Assembly (NCBI RefSeq): GCF_006345805.1 | Contig: NC_043001.1 | Coordinates: forward strand, 39,866,001-39,930,000 | Source of the DNA: Octopus sinensis | Lineage: Eukaryota | DNA length: 64,000 nt | Direction of reading: 5' to 3' | Part shown: piece by piece, positions 1-13,510 of the stretch | Layout of the letters: every line of letters begins with the position of its first letter | Numbering within the stretch: the first letter of the stretch is position 1 | Notes under the pieces: generated by a model | What the model was told of the DNA's origin: nothing | Databases searched by the model: none | What the model saw: only the letters and a program-made list of their open reading frames with translations | Program-made: the position numbers and the translations under genes

Positions 1-2570
1 TATTATTATTGCTTATTTAGCTTGTGTTCGAATTTATCAATAAAATTCTTTTCTCTGATTCTCCTCTCGATTTCACTTGGTGCAATTGTTATTATGGATA
101 CCGAATACTATAAGGATTTGGTTGAAGACCAACTGAAGGATACAACCTTCTATTGTGAAATACCCGCAAATATAGACCACCACATCATGAAAAAGATCAA
201 CAACCTGATCTCAACACACCACAACTCACTTACGGATAATGAAAAAGACTACATCACCAATTTCGAACCAAAACCCAGCAACTTCTACGGCTTACCAAAA
301 ATACACAAATCAAAAAATATTCAACAGGCAGTAAAAGAACAAGAAAGTGAGTACATAAAATTATTACATCCAAAAGACCTAAAACTTAGACCTATTATAG
401 CTGGTCCAGCATGCCCTACACACCGTCTAAGCAATTTTATTGACATTGTTTTGAAACCACTATGTACTTACATACCAAGTTTCATCAGGGATGACATCGA
501 CTTCCTGTCCCATCTTCCCAAAACAACAGAAACAAATTCAGTTTTACTAAGTTTTGATGTGGTAAGCCTCTACACCAATATTCCACACGATTTAGGAATA
601 AAGGCGATTAAATACTGGTTAGAAAAACATAGAGAAGTGATTCCCAGCAGATTCACAGTGCCATTTATATTAGACACAGTCAAACTTATTCTAGAAAATA
701 ACACATTCTTCTTCAATGGAAAGAATTACATCCAAATTAGAGGCACGGCGATGGGAACGAGGTTTGCTCCCGTTTACGCCAACTCTGTAATGGGATACTT
801 AGAACAACAACTCTACCAAGAGGTGGAGGTAAACTATGGCACTGGATTTAGAAAGTATATTGAAAAGGCATGGAAGAGATATCTAGACGACTGCTTCATA
901 ATCTGGACAGAATCTCTAAATACTCTGGAAGAGTTCAATATCCTCCTGAACAACCTACACCCATCTCTCCAATTTACAAAGGAGATGAGTAGTACCAAAT
1001 TACCATTCCTAGATATAATGGTAATTAAAAAAGACACCACCATCACCACAGATATATACTATAAACACTCAGACACACATCAATACCTAAATTTTAAGTC
1101 GTGCCATCCACCACATACAAAACGTAACATCCCATACTGCCTAGCCAGAAGAATTTGTACCATTGTAGAAGATGCAAATATCAGGAACAAACGCCAAATA
1201 GAACTAAGAGAATTTTTGCTCAAACAAAAATACCCATCTCTACTTATAGAAAATGGCATACAGCAGGCTATAAAAATACCCATACAACAACTTAGGACAA
1301 CCCAAGGAAGAGGAAAACAAGAACAAGTCATACCATTCATAGTGACACACAACCCATGTCACCAGAATATCTTCAACATTGCCAAAGCAAACCTACCAAT
1401 CATTGCCCAAAGTAATGAATTAAAAGACATAATCACGGATCGAGCTATGGTGCTTAGTAAAAGACAGCCTAAAAACTTGAAAACATTACTAACAAAGGCA
1501 AAATTTGACCTTAGCAACAAAGACCAAACATTCACGGTATCTAAATGCAATGATAGCCGATGTGGCACATGCCAATTCATACATACCGGTCAATATATAA
1601 ACACAAAAACCGGGAAAATATTCACAAACGCGAATATGAACTGCAAAAGCAGAAATTTAATTTACTGCATCAAATGCCCAAATTGTGAAGAAATATATGT
1701 AGGTCAGACGTGAAACGCACTATTAGAACGCTCACGTGTACACCGGCAACAGATTAGAGACCCAGAGGTCCGTCAGATACCTTTGAGTAACCACCTAGCA
1801 ACATGTGGCCGGAAAATGTATATAATATTTCCGTTCTACAAATTACACAGCCCAAGTGAAATCGAGAGGAGAATCAGAGAAAAGAATTTTATTGATAAAT
1901 TCGAACACAAGCTAAATAAGCAATAATAATAATACTTAGAGGTATTACTTCCACTGCTACGACCATGACCACTAACAACAACAACAATACTAAAGGTGAT
2001 CAAGATGAAGATAGCAGGAAAATTATCTTATTTAGGGTTAAAAGTTCTATTGCCACCACCATCACCACTAGCAACAATAATTAAGGTGCTGACAATGATG
2101 ATGATGACAATTGAAATATAAAAATATAAAAACCTCTGGCAAAGGATATTTACAACATTTCTAAAAATAACCCAACAATTGCTGCTTCGGCCAGGGTCAA
2201 GATACAGGACTCTTGACATGTCCAACAAAGCGTGATGCCTAAACCAATCAGCTCAACCAACCAATCAGCTTAAGTAATTGAGTGATACTACACACTGATT
2301 GGTCAGAATACAGTTTGCAAAACCTAGCACTCTGGAGCCTACCCAGCTGTATTTATAGCACAGAATCAATCATCTTGCTACAGTCAAAAATTGTGAAGCA
2401 TGACTGTCAACACTACTACATGAACCCGAAGATTGCAGAATTCAATGCATGGAAGTACTAGTTCAATCAGAATGAACATTTAACATTCTACTATTTCATT
2501 TTATTTTATTCAATTATAATATATTATCTTATAATATATCATTATAAGATTGTAAATAAAACGTGAAAAT
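1..2570 (+). mobile_element. Penelope-like retroelement including 3' UTR/pseudo-LTR
   Basis: RT-GIY-YIG ORF followed by a 3' region with a degenerate hammerhead-like segment near 2425-2460, then a (TA)n tract. Confidence 0.8.
22..1926 (+). pseudogene. Penelope-like element RT + GIY-YIG endonuclease ORF (5' end probably outside the window; one premature stop)
   Basis: RT motifs FYGLPKIHK, LSFDVVSLYTNIP, GTAMGTRFAP, YLDDCF; CxxCxxC region then GIY-YIG 'IYCIKCPNCEEIYVGQT'. TGA at 1711-1713; the same frame continues open (NALLERSRVHRQQI...KFEHKLNKQ) to TAA at 1924-1926. Confidence 0.93.
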
Positions 2571-2624
2571 CAGACAAGGTTGGAATTCCTTTTATTAATA
2601 TATTCTTCTATACACAATCACACA

Positions 2625-2790
2625 CACCCATATATATATATATATCTATATATATATATATATATATATTTATGCATATATATATATGTATATGTGTATA
2701 TATATATATATATAATATATATGCATATATACATACATATATGTACATACATCTATACGTATATATATATTTGTGTGTGTGTGTATGAAT
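2625..2790. repeat. (TA)n/(TG)n microsatellite
   Basis: Directly visible. Confidence 0.95.
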
Positions 2791-3639
2791 ATGTGGGCAC
2801 AGGACGTCACGAAACGTGTACAACAAAAAATACGAAGTATGAGATCATGGAATATGAACTATTTTTTCGAACAACAAAAGACACAAATGGAAAACAAGAC
2901 AAACAACATAAAGAACGACCCTTCATCAATTGTTGGCTGTTTTTCAACTCTCGTATTTCGAGCATTTAACAACAATATGCACTTTGGATAAAACAGTTGC
3001 TCCAACAAAGCAAATTAAATCAAATTTGGCATTTTGCGGAGGGTCAAAATTCGTAACACAAACAGGAAGGGCTGCTAAGCTAAACGATGTTGTGGTGGCG
3101 AACGTTTAAATCAAGCTTGGTCAGGAGACAAACAAGAACACGTCTTTCCTTGTTCCAGCTACAATGGTGAGAAAGAAAGAAACACAAGTTAGGAGAAGAA
3201 AGGAAGATGGCCGATGGTCACGTGGGAGCCACGCATGAAAGTTCAAAATAAAGGTAAGAGGCTTAGTGCCACATTTTTTATTGAATTGTGAAAAATGTAA
3301 GAGGTTTGTTGCCTCGTAAATGAATTTTGGTATTGAATTGTAAAAATGTTAGAGGTTTGTTGCATCGTGAATATAATATAAAAGAGCAATGTTCTCGGGT
3401 AAGCAGCAATCGGCGGGCGCTGCTTGTTGCCCTCATCATCATTTTTATTTGTCATTTCATAACATTATGTCTATGTCTAGCCCGTAGCTTCCCTTCTATG
3501 TAAGGCCTTTATGGCCAATACAATTAATAAAAGAAGTTTGCTTCCGGTCAAACGACGTCATTAGGGGTTTTTTCTGTGCACCGTAAGTCATCATTTTTTC
3601 TTGTTGAAATTCTGTTGATTCTTTTGTAAATTATTGTTA

Positions 3640-6600
3640 AAGGAGAAGGAAATGGTACACATGGACCAGGACAAAATAGACAAATGTCCCGCTCCAATTT
3701 GGAACGATATCATATATGTCACAAGAGGGAAAAAATTTGGTACTGTAGAAGCCAAGTTTAGGACAGCAGAGGGCGACGCACGTTCCGTGTTAAGGTAGCA
3801 GAAGTACCACCGGAAATTGATGCCGTGTGGGTGATGGCCGCCCTGTTATTCAACAGGGCAAAATACACATCTTACAAGTGACACACTCTTCCCCCCACCA
3901 ACACTGGCTCGGGCAGAGCATCGCGGCTATCATCCAAGCAGCACCTGAAGTCTTAGAAGGAATTCCCGATAGAGGGCTCGTGGTTGAGGAAGTGGTTCTA
4001 AAAATACAGGTTGAAGGGGAAAAAACTGGGTGCTTCAAATGTAGCCGAATGGGGTACATAAGGGCAGAATGTGACTCTGCAAAAAAGAAAGGGCAATCCA
4101 CGATACAAGAGAAAGGATATTCAAAGGCCCAAACATCTGTGATTACACCTACACCCGGCCCCTCACAAACCCCCAAAACTGTCCCTAAACCCATACACAC
4201 ACCAGCCCCTACACAAGTCCTCAAACAAGTGCTCCAAAAGCCCCAACCCATGCATGCACCAGTCCCGACAACAACAAAGATACCCACCCCCTCAACGTCT
4301 ATGGCACCTAATAGCCAAAGTGCAATTCCCTCAGACAACACCATGGAGGTAGTCAGCTAAAAGACTATTGTCCCAATCCTCATCCACAAAATCATAAAAC
4401 CTAGCCTCACAGACATTAAAAATAAAAACCCGCCCAACTGTCTCAGAAAATCCAGGGGAAAGAAGGATTTTAGTATCGAAGAACATGTACACCAACGAAA
4501 TAATACTACCACATCACACCACTGTGATATCCCCAGAGCATAAGGACCATCTAAGACAATGTACCTGGATAGGAGAAACGTTGTTCAAACAACTGAAGGA
4601 GAGGCATCCAAAGGCGATTTCATGATTAAAAGACCTTCCGAAACACCTCAGGAAAGAGGCAAAAAGAGGGGCCCCTTCACGAGACGTGAGATCATCCCCT
4701 ACATCGCCAACGAAAAAGTAAGCAGAACCTTTACTTTTTTCTTGAACTGTCAACACTTAACCTTGGTTGATTATATGTGTGTGGTCTGTGCTCGAAGTGG
4801 AAGCAAGCATGTTTCCTCGACATCAGATCACATGATATACATGTAATGGTTGCTACAGAGACAAGCTGGATAGGCTACATACTTTCTTGGCTCTCCTGAA
4901 TGGCTATGAGAAAATCATGTCTCCTGGCCAGACCGGAGGTCGAGTGAGTACAGTAGTTCTACTCCGAAAAGGCTTGGCTCTGCAGACGAGTAGTCTTTGT
5001 GGACCCTGAAGGTGGGCTGCTCGTCCTTGACGTGACATACAGCAGTAAGGCCTTCAGGTTGATCGGAACGTATGCACCTTGTGCAAGAAGACAGCAAACT
5101 GATTTCTCTCGGCGCCTAGAGAACTTTCTCGTAACGTCCAAGACATTAGTTGTGTTAGGAGACTACAATGCTATCCTGAATGCACGCCTGGACAGCTGTG
5201 GTTTGACTGGTAGGAGTGTTAACTCACACCTCATCAATCTGCTTAAGCGTTTTCAGCTGGCAGACCACTATAGACTTGAACGCCCAAGCATCCCAGTCTG
5301 GATTTGAATTACTGGCGATGGGTTGTTCAAGTCTTACTGAAGATAGTTATAAGGAGTAGTGATAAGTCTAGCTTTAGCTGTCCACAGTTTGTTCAAGTTA
5401 CCTACACTGACCATAAATTGGCCAAGTGTAGGCTGAACATAAACAGTGCTTATAGACAGGAATCCGGCTACTGGAAGCTGAACAAGTCTATTTTGGCTTG
5501 TGAAGTATGCTGTGACCGGATTAAGGAGTTAGTAAAAAGGGCATTAACCGGCACCATGGTGAATAACCGCTGGTGGTTTGCCCTCAAAAGACCATACGTT
5601 TTGAGTCTATTAGATTTAGCTGTCAGTTAAGTTTAGATAAGACTAGGATAGAAGGGAACTTACTTAAAGCTTTAGAAGAGGTGTTGAGATTGGGCTCTGC
5701 ATCCTAAATTTTGGCAGCGAGAACGGCTTTGGAACGTCACCCCAAAGCCAAACATGAAGGATGCAAGGTTCGGGCTAAAGTACGTGCATTAGGCCGCGAG
5801 GGAATTAATGTTGCCAGGTGGGTCCATACGGTAGAGACCCAGCGTGGCAATGATGCCATAATTAGGTCACTGATTGACGAAAATGGACGTTTGGTCATAG
5901 GACGGGATGAGATGTATGAGGCACTTTACAAGCAGTTCGTCGAGTTGTCCGGGAGGAGCGGGGCGCTAGACCATGGTAAGGCCCTACAGGACTTCCTGGC
6001 TGATGGCTCGCATCTCTTGGCACGAGAGGCTGAGTGCTGTGAGGGTCTAATCACAGCTGCGGAGGTGATTGAGGAACTATCTGAGGGCCCTGGAGACAGG
6101 TCACCGGGACTTGATGGTCTACCCTATGAGTTTTACAAAAGTATGCTAGACTTTTTGGGCACCTACTGGCCGACGTCAACGCCAACTGACAGCAGAATGG
6201 GAGAATTCCCAGATCTGCGAGCCAGGAGTGGGGATTTTGATCAGAAAGGACCCGAGCAAGGGGGATATTATAAGTAATTTTCGGCCCATAACTCTGCTAA
6301 ACACAGAGTTAAAGATTTTGGCCAAGGTGTTGACAAAAAGGTTGACGCATGTCGTGGAGAGACTTGTCAGGGAGGCGCAAACTTGCGCTATTCTGGGCAG
6401 ATCAATTCTCGACAATCTTCACCTTATACGCTACTCCTTAGACAGGGTTGGGAAAATTTCTGGCAGAGGTGTGGCACTGGTACATGTAGACCAGTCTAAA
6501 GCATTTTATAGGGTCGACCATCGGTACCTGGCGGCAGTCGTCAGGGAGGCCGAGTTGGGCCTGACTTTCCGCGGTTGGATTGCTGTTTTGTTCAGCGACA

Positions 6601-8200
6601 TCGAGTCTATCGTCCGAGTGAACAGTTTTTTCAAAGCCGTTCAAGATTGACCGCTCAGTTCTCCAGGGATGTCCTTTGACACCACTTTTGTATGTATTGG
6701 CTCTTGAGCCATTGCTGCGGAAGTTGGAGGCGTTAGGTGGCATGCTGCATGGTCTGTGGTGTGGAAGAGAAGCTACTGTGTATGCGGATGACATCTCCAT
6801 CATCGTGTCCGATGAAGGGCAGCTTCTTTGTGTGTGAAACGCCGTCAAAGGATATGAGGCGGTGGAAGGAGCAAAAGTTAACCAGGACAAGTCGGTCGGC
6901 TTACAACTCGGCACCTGGAGGGGCAAGTCGATGTCGTCCAAAAACCTTTAAGGTCCATTAAGTTGCTAGGAGTATGGTTCGGTCTAGACTTCTAGAGAGA
7001 GAAGAATTGGAGCGAGGTCACGAGCAAGGTGACTGTCCTAACCCAGACTTGGTCTGGGCGAGCGTTATCTTTGCTAGGGAGGGCAGAGGTGGTGCAGATG
7101 TTCATAGCATCTGTCATCACCTACCGCTTGACCATTGTGCCTTTCCCCGATTTATGGATGAACAAGTTGGGGAGAATCCTTTTCCACTTTTTGTGGAAGG
7201 GAGGAAAGCCACTTTTGAAGCGCTCTGTCTGCTGCCAAAAACCGCTAAAGGGTGGGCTAGGGATTCCTTGACTGAAAATGCGAAAACTCGCGTTAAAGTT
7301 GAGGTACCTCTCACTTTATCTGGATTGGGTGCAGGTGTGGTTACCGCACGTAAAGTTCTACTTTCCACAGTTGACATCCTTAATGGATATTGGTCCATGG
7401 ATCAAACGAAGACCTAGACTGGCGGATTGGCAATTGGAGTGTTGTCAGGCACTCCAGCTACGCTCTCGGGCGGGCAATACTGGCAACAGGAGTTCCACTG
7501 CGGATTTCTATAGCGGGTTTGTGGGATTTATGTCAGATGATGTCCTGGGTGAGACCCTGGGCTGTGATGGAAGTCAGTTGATCAACCTCTTCAAGAGAAC
7601 TTTCAAGCCAGGGTATCTGGATAATTATCAGAAATCCTTGGTTGGCAGTGCTACTCTTTGGCTTTGCCTGTTTGAGACAAGCTGTCAAGGCATGGAAGTG
7701 CTGTCTTGTCGACATGCCCAAGGTGCAGGTGGGACAAAGAAACTGTCTTGCACGCCTTCGTAGAGTGTCCTGAATTATCAAGACTGATAGCTTTTGTCGA
7801 GTAAGTGTTGTCAGCGATAAGAGTACAGCTATCGGCTGAGTCTATCATCAAGATTGTGCTGCCGCCTTCCCTTAACAGGGAAAGAAAGGCTTGTTATTTT
7901 TCTGTGTAGTAGCCATACTGAAAGAAACAGTATGGAAGACGTGAGTAAGAAGGACAGTGACAGGTACCTTCGTCTCCAGCCAGGGGTAGGTTAACGTTTT
8001 TAGTTACCATCTCAATAGTAAGATCAGGCTGGAGAAGTGATACTTGCCACAGGATATGTTCACAAAAAGATGAAAGCCAGTAGTGAGCTTGCTGCAAGTG
8101 ACTGGAACCAGGTAAGTGAGGCTAGAGAGAAAAGAAAAGGCTCAAACCTAGTTGTTGGGTGCCTTTCCTTTGGTTGCATACATTGCAAAATTTGCAATTA
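3640..8200 (+). mobile_element. Degenerate L1/Tx1-clade non-LTR retrotransposon (ORF1 zinc knuckle; ORF2 APE + RT); boundaries approximate
   Basis: ORF1 'CFKCSRMGYIRAEC' CCHC-like knuckle; APE 'FRLIGTYAP', 'LGDYNAIL'; RT 'SPGLDGLPYEFY', 'NFRPITLLNTELKILAKVL', 'DQSKAFYRVDH', QGCPL, YADD. Multiple frameshifts. Confidence 0.88.
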
Positions 8201-8344
8201 AAAATGATTATCAAACACTTAAATTTAAAATTTAAAAAAAATAATTTTTAACTGCATGACATTTTTATATTATCATCCGCAACATTTGCATTCGTAGTAA
8301 AGCAACTTCTTCACCCTCTATGTTTGTCTGTTCTTGTTTTCCCA

Positions 8345-8494
8345 ATTTTATGAAATAAAGAAGCTTGCTTCCCTACCACATGATTCTGGGTTCAGTACCA
8401 CTGCATATCACCTTGGACAAGTATCTTCTTCTATAGCCTCAGACCAACCAACGCCTTGTGAGTGGATTTGGTAGATGGAAACTGAAAGAAGCTC

Positions 8495-8533
<39 letters not shown>

Positions 8534-8700
8534 TTGTGTGTCTGTGTTTGTCCTCCCACCACCATTGCTTGGTTTGGCAAAAGAAACAGATAGAATAAGT
8601 ACTAGGCTTACAAAGAATAAGTCCTGGAGTTGATTTGTTTGACTAAAGGCAGTACTCTAGTATGGCCACAGTCAAATGACTGAAACAAGTAAAAGAATAT
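8345..8700 (+). mobile_element. tRNA-derived SINE with internal (TA)n
   Basis: Head 'gattctgggttcagtaccactgc', internal microsatellite and 3' 'gactgaaacaagtaaaagaata'; a similar copy lies at about 29900-30390. Confidence 0.7.
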
Positions 8701-9140
8701 AGAAGCAGCAATATCAATAGGACAAGATGGCTGCCAGAAGTAAGCAACATGCTGGATGGAAGTAAGAACCACATAGAAAAAATACATAACAGCATTAGAT
8801 ACAAAGCTTCGTGAAAGATAGAGTACATAGATTTACATTCAGTGGAAAAAAAGATGGGAAGATTTTCTTTTTCCAAGCCGGGACAGGAATGAAGAGAGAA
8901 CAATAAAATCAGGAAAGAAAGATTGTAAAGAGAGGTAGACCTGTGAATTATGTTGAATTTAATATTAAGCAGAGCTAGTGTGAAATATGGTAGGAAGCTG
9001 AATAGGATGATATGAAAAATGAAAGTGAGGAGTTAACAATCAAAACAAACTTCTCTGGATGTAGCTTTCAACAAGCATGGGGAAGTATAACAGCTAAGAT
9101 AACCATTTGAGGTGACACAAGGCTAGGGAGCATGTTTGTG

Positions 9141-9198
<58 letters not shown>

Positions 9199-9683
9199 CA
9201 AAATAAGCAACAAGGATATCTAGTCGTTTCATGTGACTCCATTTAATTGAACAATGGAAACATTACATTAATTTAAAATGTAGAGCAAGCTTCAGCTGCA
9301 TAAAAATATAGAATCTAGTTAAATTCGAAGGACTCATTTGTATAATTTTATCCAAAATCATCAAGAGAATAAGGAGATAGACAAAGAACATGTTTTACCA
9401 ACAACATCACAGTTGCAACTGAGATTTTTTCAAAAAAGACACTGCTTATCACTGATTATTTCTGTTATTTAGATTTACTTATGGGGGAGTGGGGTTCAGT
9501 TTTAATTTAATTTATAGTCTTCAAGGTCCCAGATTGTGACAGGAGTGTTTCAAGACTGCTATAATGCAAGAAAGTATACTAGTCCCTTGATATTTTATAT
9601 TCAGTATTTCATCTATTCAATAAGACAATCTATACTTCATTTCATTTTACTATATATATATATTATTTATACTATATATTCTA

Positions 9684-9934
9684 TTGCAGTATGGAAGGTG
9701 TTTGTAAGCCATTTAAGAAACACGCAAAAGCCGTTCAATTCACTTCAACATTTAAGTTTAATTTCGTCAAAATATTTTCGTCGCTATAAGACCGCAGCAC
9801 GGATTTTTGTCAGTGAACAGGTCGCGGTCTTATAGCAACGAAAATATTTTGACAAATTAAACTTAAATGTTGAAGTCAATCGAACGGCTTTTGTGTGTTT
9901 CTTAAATGGCTTACAAACACCTTCCACGCTGCAA
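9684..9934. repeat. Long near-perfect palindrome (arms about 110 bp)
   Basis: ttgcagtatggaaggtgtttgtaagcc...taagaccgc is mirrored by gcggtctta...ggcttacaaacaccttccacgctgcaa. Confidence 0.9.
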
Positions 9935-11074
9935 TTGTTTCTGTTCCAGCACACGATCTCAGATCAAATCACTTGCTATGCAAGTACATCTCCTATATAT
10001 TCTATATTCTACATTAATGTTATAAAGAATATGAATAAAACATAAAAAACAAAGTTGGAATTTCTTTGAATAATATATATACACATATATATATATACAC
10101 CACCTGTCTTCGTCTTTTGTTTTTTTCGTAAACTCCCCCTATATATATATATAGATGCTAAATCGTTTCACTACTCAAAGAAGTCACAAACACTCCTGTG
10201 AGTATATATAGATATTTCATTTATTTCTATTAGCATGCTCATTTTATATGCTGGCCACTGACAAATTTTTTTTAAAGTTTTATCCTCCATTATTGAAACT
10301 GAAATGTTTATGTGTGTGTGTGTGTGTGCACAAGTATAAATATTGGAGTGCAATTTCCTCGAATTACCTCCCTTAGATGCTTATTTTATCTGCTTGAATT
10401 TTCAATTTGTGGGAGTGATCGCCCTTGGACTATATTGATTCCCAATCTGAACTCTAGGCCAGTAGCTTTTAGGATTAGCAAGCGAATTCATTATATCAAG
10501 CTCAATATTTGACTGATATTTTATTTTGTCGACCCCCGAATAGATGAATAGTAAGGGAATTATTTAAGACAAGAACATTCAAACACTTTTGTAGAAGCAA
10601 TAACAATCACAAACAATAACAACCTTAATAATGGATGATATATTCCTTGACATGATTCTAAAAGAATGGATGGCCACAGTGGCATTTTAATTCAAGGCAT
10701 AAAGTTGTTATAAAAACCACTAACTATATTGTCCAACGTGCCAATGATTCTGGCAGCTTGCTGCCCTTGCCGCGATCTATATAAACATTATACAAATGTG
10801 AGATTCCTGTGAGCCAAACAAGTGACCATATTCTGTCCAACATTTTTATTGGTGGGAATTTTTAAGGTCGACTGAAGATACTGTTACCTTTTGAATATAA
10901 CTCGCAATTTTGAATAATTTGCTTCCAGCTAAAAATACTGTTTGTGTTTTCTCTAAGATTTATTTACATTCTTCTTCATAGAAATTCAAGCTGGTCGTTA
11001 ACAAAGTGACATGACTTTTTGAATTAAGACAATTTCTGGTGTTTGTAAGTATGTGATATTTAACAATAATTCTT

Positions 11075-11265
11075 TCTAATTTTGGTACAAGGCCAGTAAT
11101 TTAGATGGGAGGGAACTTGTCAATTACATCAACCCCAATGCTCAACTGGTATTTATTTTATCAATCTCAAAAGGATGGAAGACAAATCCAATCTCAGCAG
11201 AATTTGAACTCAGGACATGAAACTAGAAGAAATTTTGCTAACTATTTCTGCTAGCTTTGCATCTC
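11075..11265 (+). mobile_element. SINE-like dispersed repeat fragment
   Basis: 'aattttggtacaaggccag...ttattttatcaatctcaaaaggatggaagacaaa...gaatttgaactcag'; recurs at about 29140-29310 and 45480-45690. Confidence 0.7.
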
Positions 11266-11420
11266 ACTGTCAATAACAATAATAGTATTAGATTGATTAC
11301 AATGTCAACACAATGGAATGTGTTGGTATGAATAGTGTGTGTTTTTATAACTGAATCAGAGGAGCAAGGGGAGTGGTGCCTATGAAGAGGGAAATCCTTC
11401 AACTGAATATAATCAGTTCT

Positions 11421-11652
11421 ATATTTACATTATTTACATTTGACAGATAATTGTCCTCATCTTGCTTGTTGTTAACACAATGTTTCAGTTGATATACCCT
11501 CCAGCCTTCATCAGGTGTCTTGGGGAATGAGAACCCAGGTTCAAAATTTCCCCAACACACCTGATGAAGGCTGGAGGGTTTATCAACTGAACTGTTGTGT
11601 TAACAACAAACAAGAAGAGGACAATTATCGTCAAATGTAAATAATGTAAATA
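11421..11652. repeat. Palindromic element with degenerate hammerhead-ribozyme cores (Penelope pseudo-LTR-like)
   Basis: Inverted arms; CTGATGA-aggctg...GAAA core on the minus strand (about 11480-11520) and a mirrored CTGATGA at 11561-11567. Confidence 0.75.
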
Positions 11653-12644
11653 TAATCATCCAGTTATTTCCTCCCACCTCATTCCTTTCCCACTGCATTT
11701 TCTCATTTCTATTCTTACATCCATAGGAAGACAATTTTTTGTTTTCACAAAATAGTTATTTCTTGGAACCATAGTTTCTTTTACTACATGTCTGCGACAG
11801 ATAATTGTTGATTGCTCTATTATTGGACTCATTAATTTTGCAAGTTTATATAAATTCATTAATTTTGCAAGTTTAGAGAGCCTACATCCTAACTAAACTA
11901 TATGAATATGTCATTCATATAACAGTTCATTTATTCAATATGAACACTACTTGATCTGGATAGCTATTTGTACAAACTGTAAGTTTAGTTTTTTAACACA
12001 TAGCTGTTCTTACAACTTAGATTGGAAAGTTTTTATATATCTTAAAAAAAGAGTCAAATTAAATTTTATTGAAAAGGTAAACAGAAGATAAAATATTTTA
12101 AAAAGTATAATTGAGCTTTGTTTACCATTAAAACTATAGCAATAATAAAATTGTTAAACAAAATTAAAGCTAGGAAATACAGTGAAAAATACACATAATG
12201 TAAAATGTTCTTAAGTTGTGACCACTTAGTCATAAATTAAAATCTTACTGCAGACATACTCATATCCATATGTAAGGCTCATAACTCTGTATGAAAAAAA
12301 TGGATGTGAAAATGAAGAAAAAATTTATTTTCTAGAAAAGAAAACAATACAACGCAAAATATAATGTGAACAGAAAACTCATACTGAAACTTATGTCTTA
12401 TGAAAAAATCACATTTAGAATTTTCAATTTATACCCTATTGTAAACCCGTTTTACACATATTTACATGCATACACAAAAAATATACACACAAACAGAAGA
12501 TGAATTGGTCAAATTATGATAAAAAGTAATTAATCCTTCTTGAAAAGCCAGTATCTACATTCTTTTGTAATATTACAAAAAGAAATTAAACAAATTAGGA
12601 TATGAAGCTAATTGAAAGCAAATTCTGTTAGATAGTTTCATCAT

Positions 12645-13510
12645 CATTTAAAGTCTATTTTCCATGCTGGCATGGATTGGATGGTTTGCCAGGAGCTGGT
12701 CAGCTGGACAGCTGCCCAGGCACCATGTCTGTTTTGGTATGGTTTCTACGACTGGATACCCTTCATAATGCCAACTACTTTAAAGAGACTAGTGGATGCT
12801 TTTATGCAGCACATGTGCTTTTACATGGAAATGGCATGGATACTTTTTTATGTAGCATTAGCACCCACAAGCCTGCAAGATTAGGAATGTTCCACTGAAG
12901 AGAGATGCAGGGGACATGCCTGTATGCAAGAACAACAGTGGTTTTACTTAACTTGATTTGTCTTCTCAAGCACAGCAAACTACCAGAAGTCTTGGTCCCC
13001 TATCATACTCTCTGTGAGGCCCAACATCTGGAGATCCTTTTTCAACACTTCCTGGGTCTACCTCTTCTACATTTTCCCTCTACAATTAGGAAACAGCACC
13101 TTTTCATGCAACTGTCCTCACTCATATGCATTACAAGACTGCACCAGCACAGTCTTACACACTACATTTGATGTCCTGCATATCCTGTTTTTCTCTCCAG
13201 CCACTTACACTCTATCATAAATGGACACTGATATTACCCATTCATCATTTCTTTCAAGCCTTTGCATGTCCTCAGCAGTCACAGCCCATGTTTCACTGTC
13301 TGTTCATACACAGGCATAATAAAATCTGCCTTTAACTCTGAGTAAGAGGACCTTAATTACTAATACAGGTAGTAACTCTCTGAACTTTGCCCAGCCTATT
13401 CTTATTCTAGCAGCTATGCTTTCAGAACAACCTCCACCACTGCTAACTTGGTCACCTAAGTAACAGAAACTATCTATTACTTCTAAGGATCCCTGCCAGA
13501 AATTTGAGGG
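12645..13510 (-). mobile_element. RTE LINE 3' fragment with (gat)n tail
   Basis: Reverse complement of the RTE C-terminus and tail seen at 51700-52000 and 52560-52630. Confidence 0.75.

Noticed and set aside
834-1580. Minus-strand ORFs over the Penelope RT (similarly over Tx1, mariner and RTE)
   Set aside because: Antisense shadows of transposon coding sequence.
2580-2991. ORFs rich in IY/CV
   Set aside because: Translations of (TA)n/(TG)n microsatellites.
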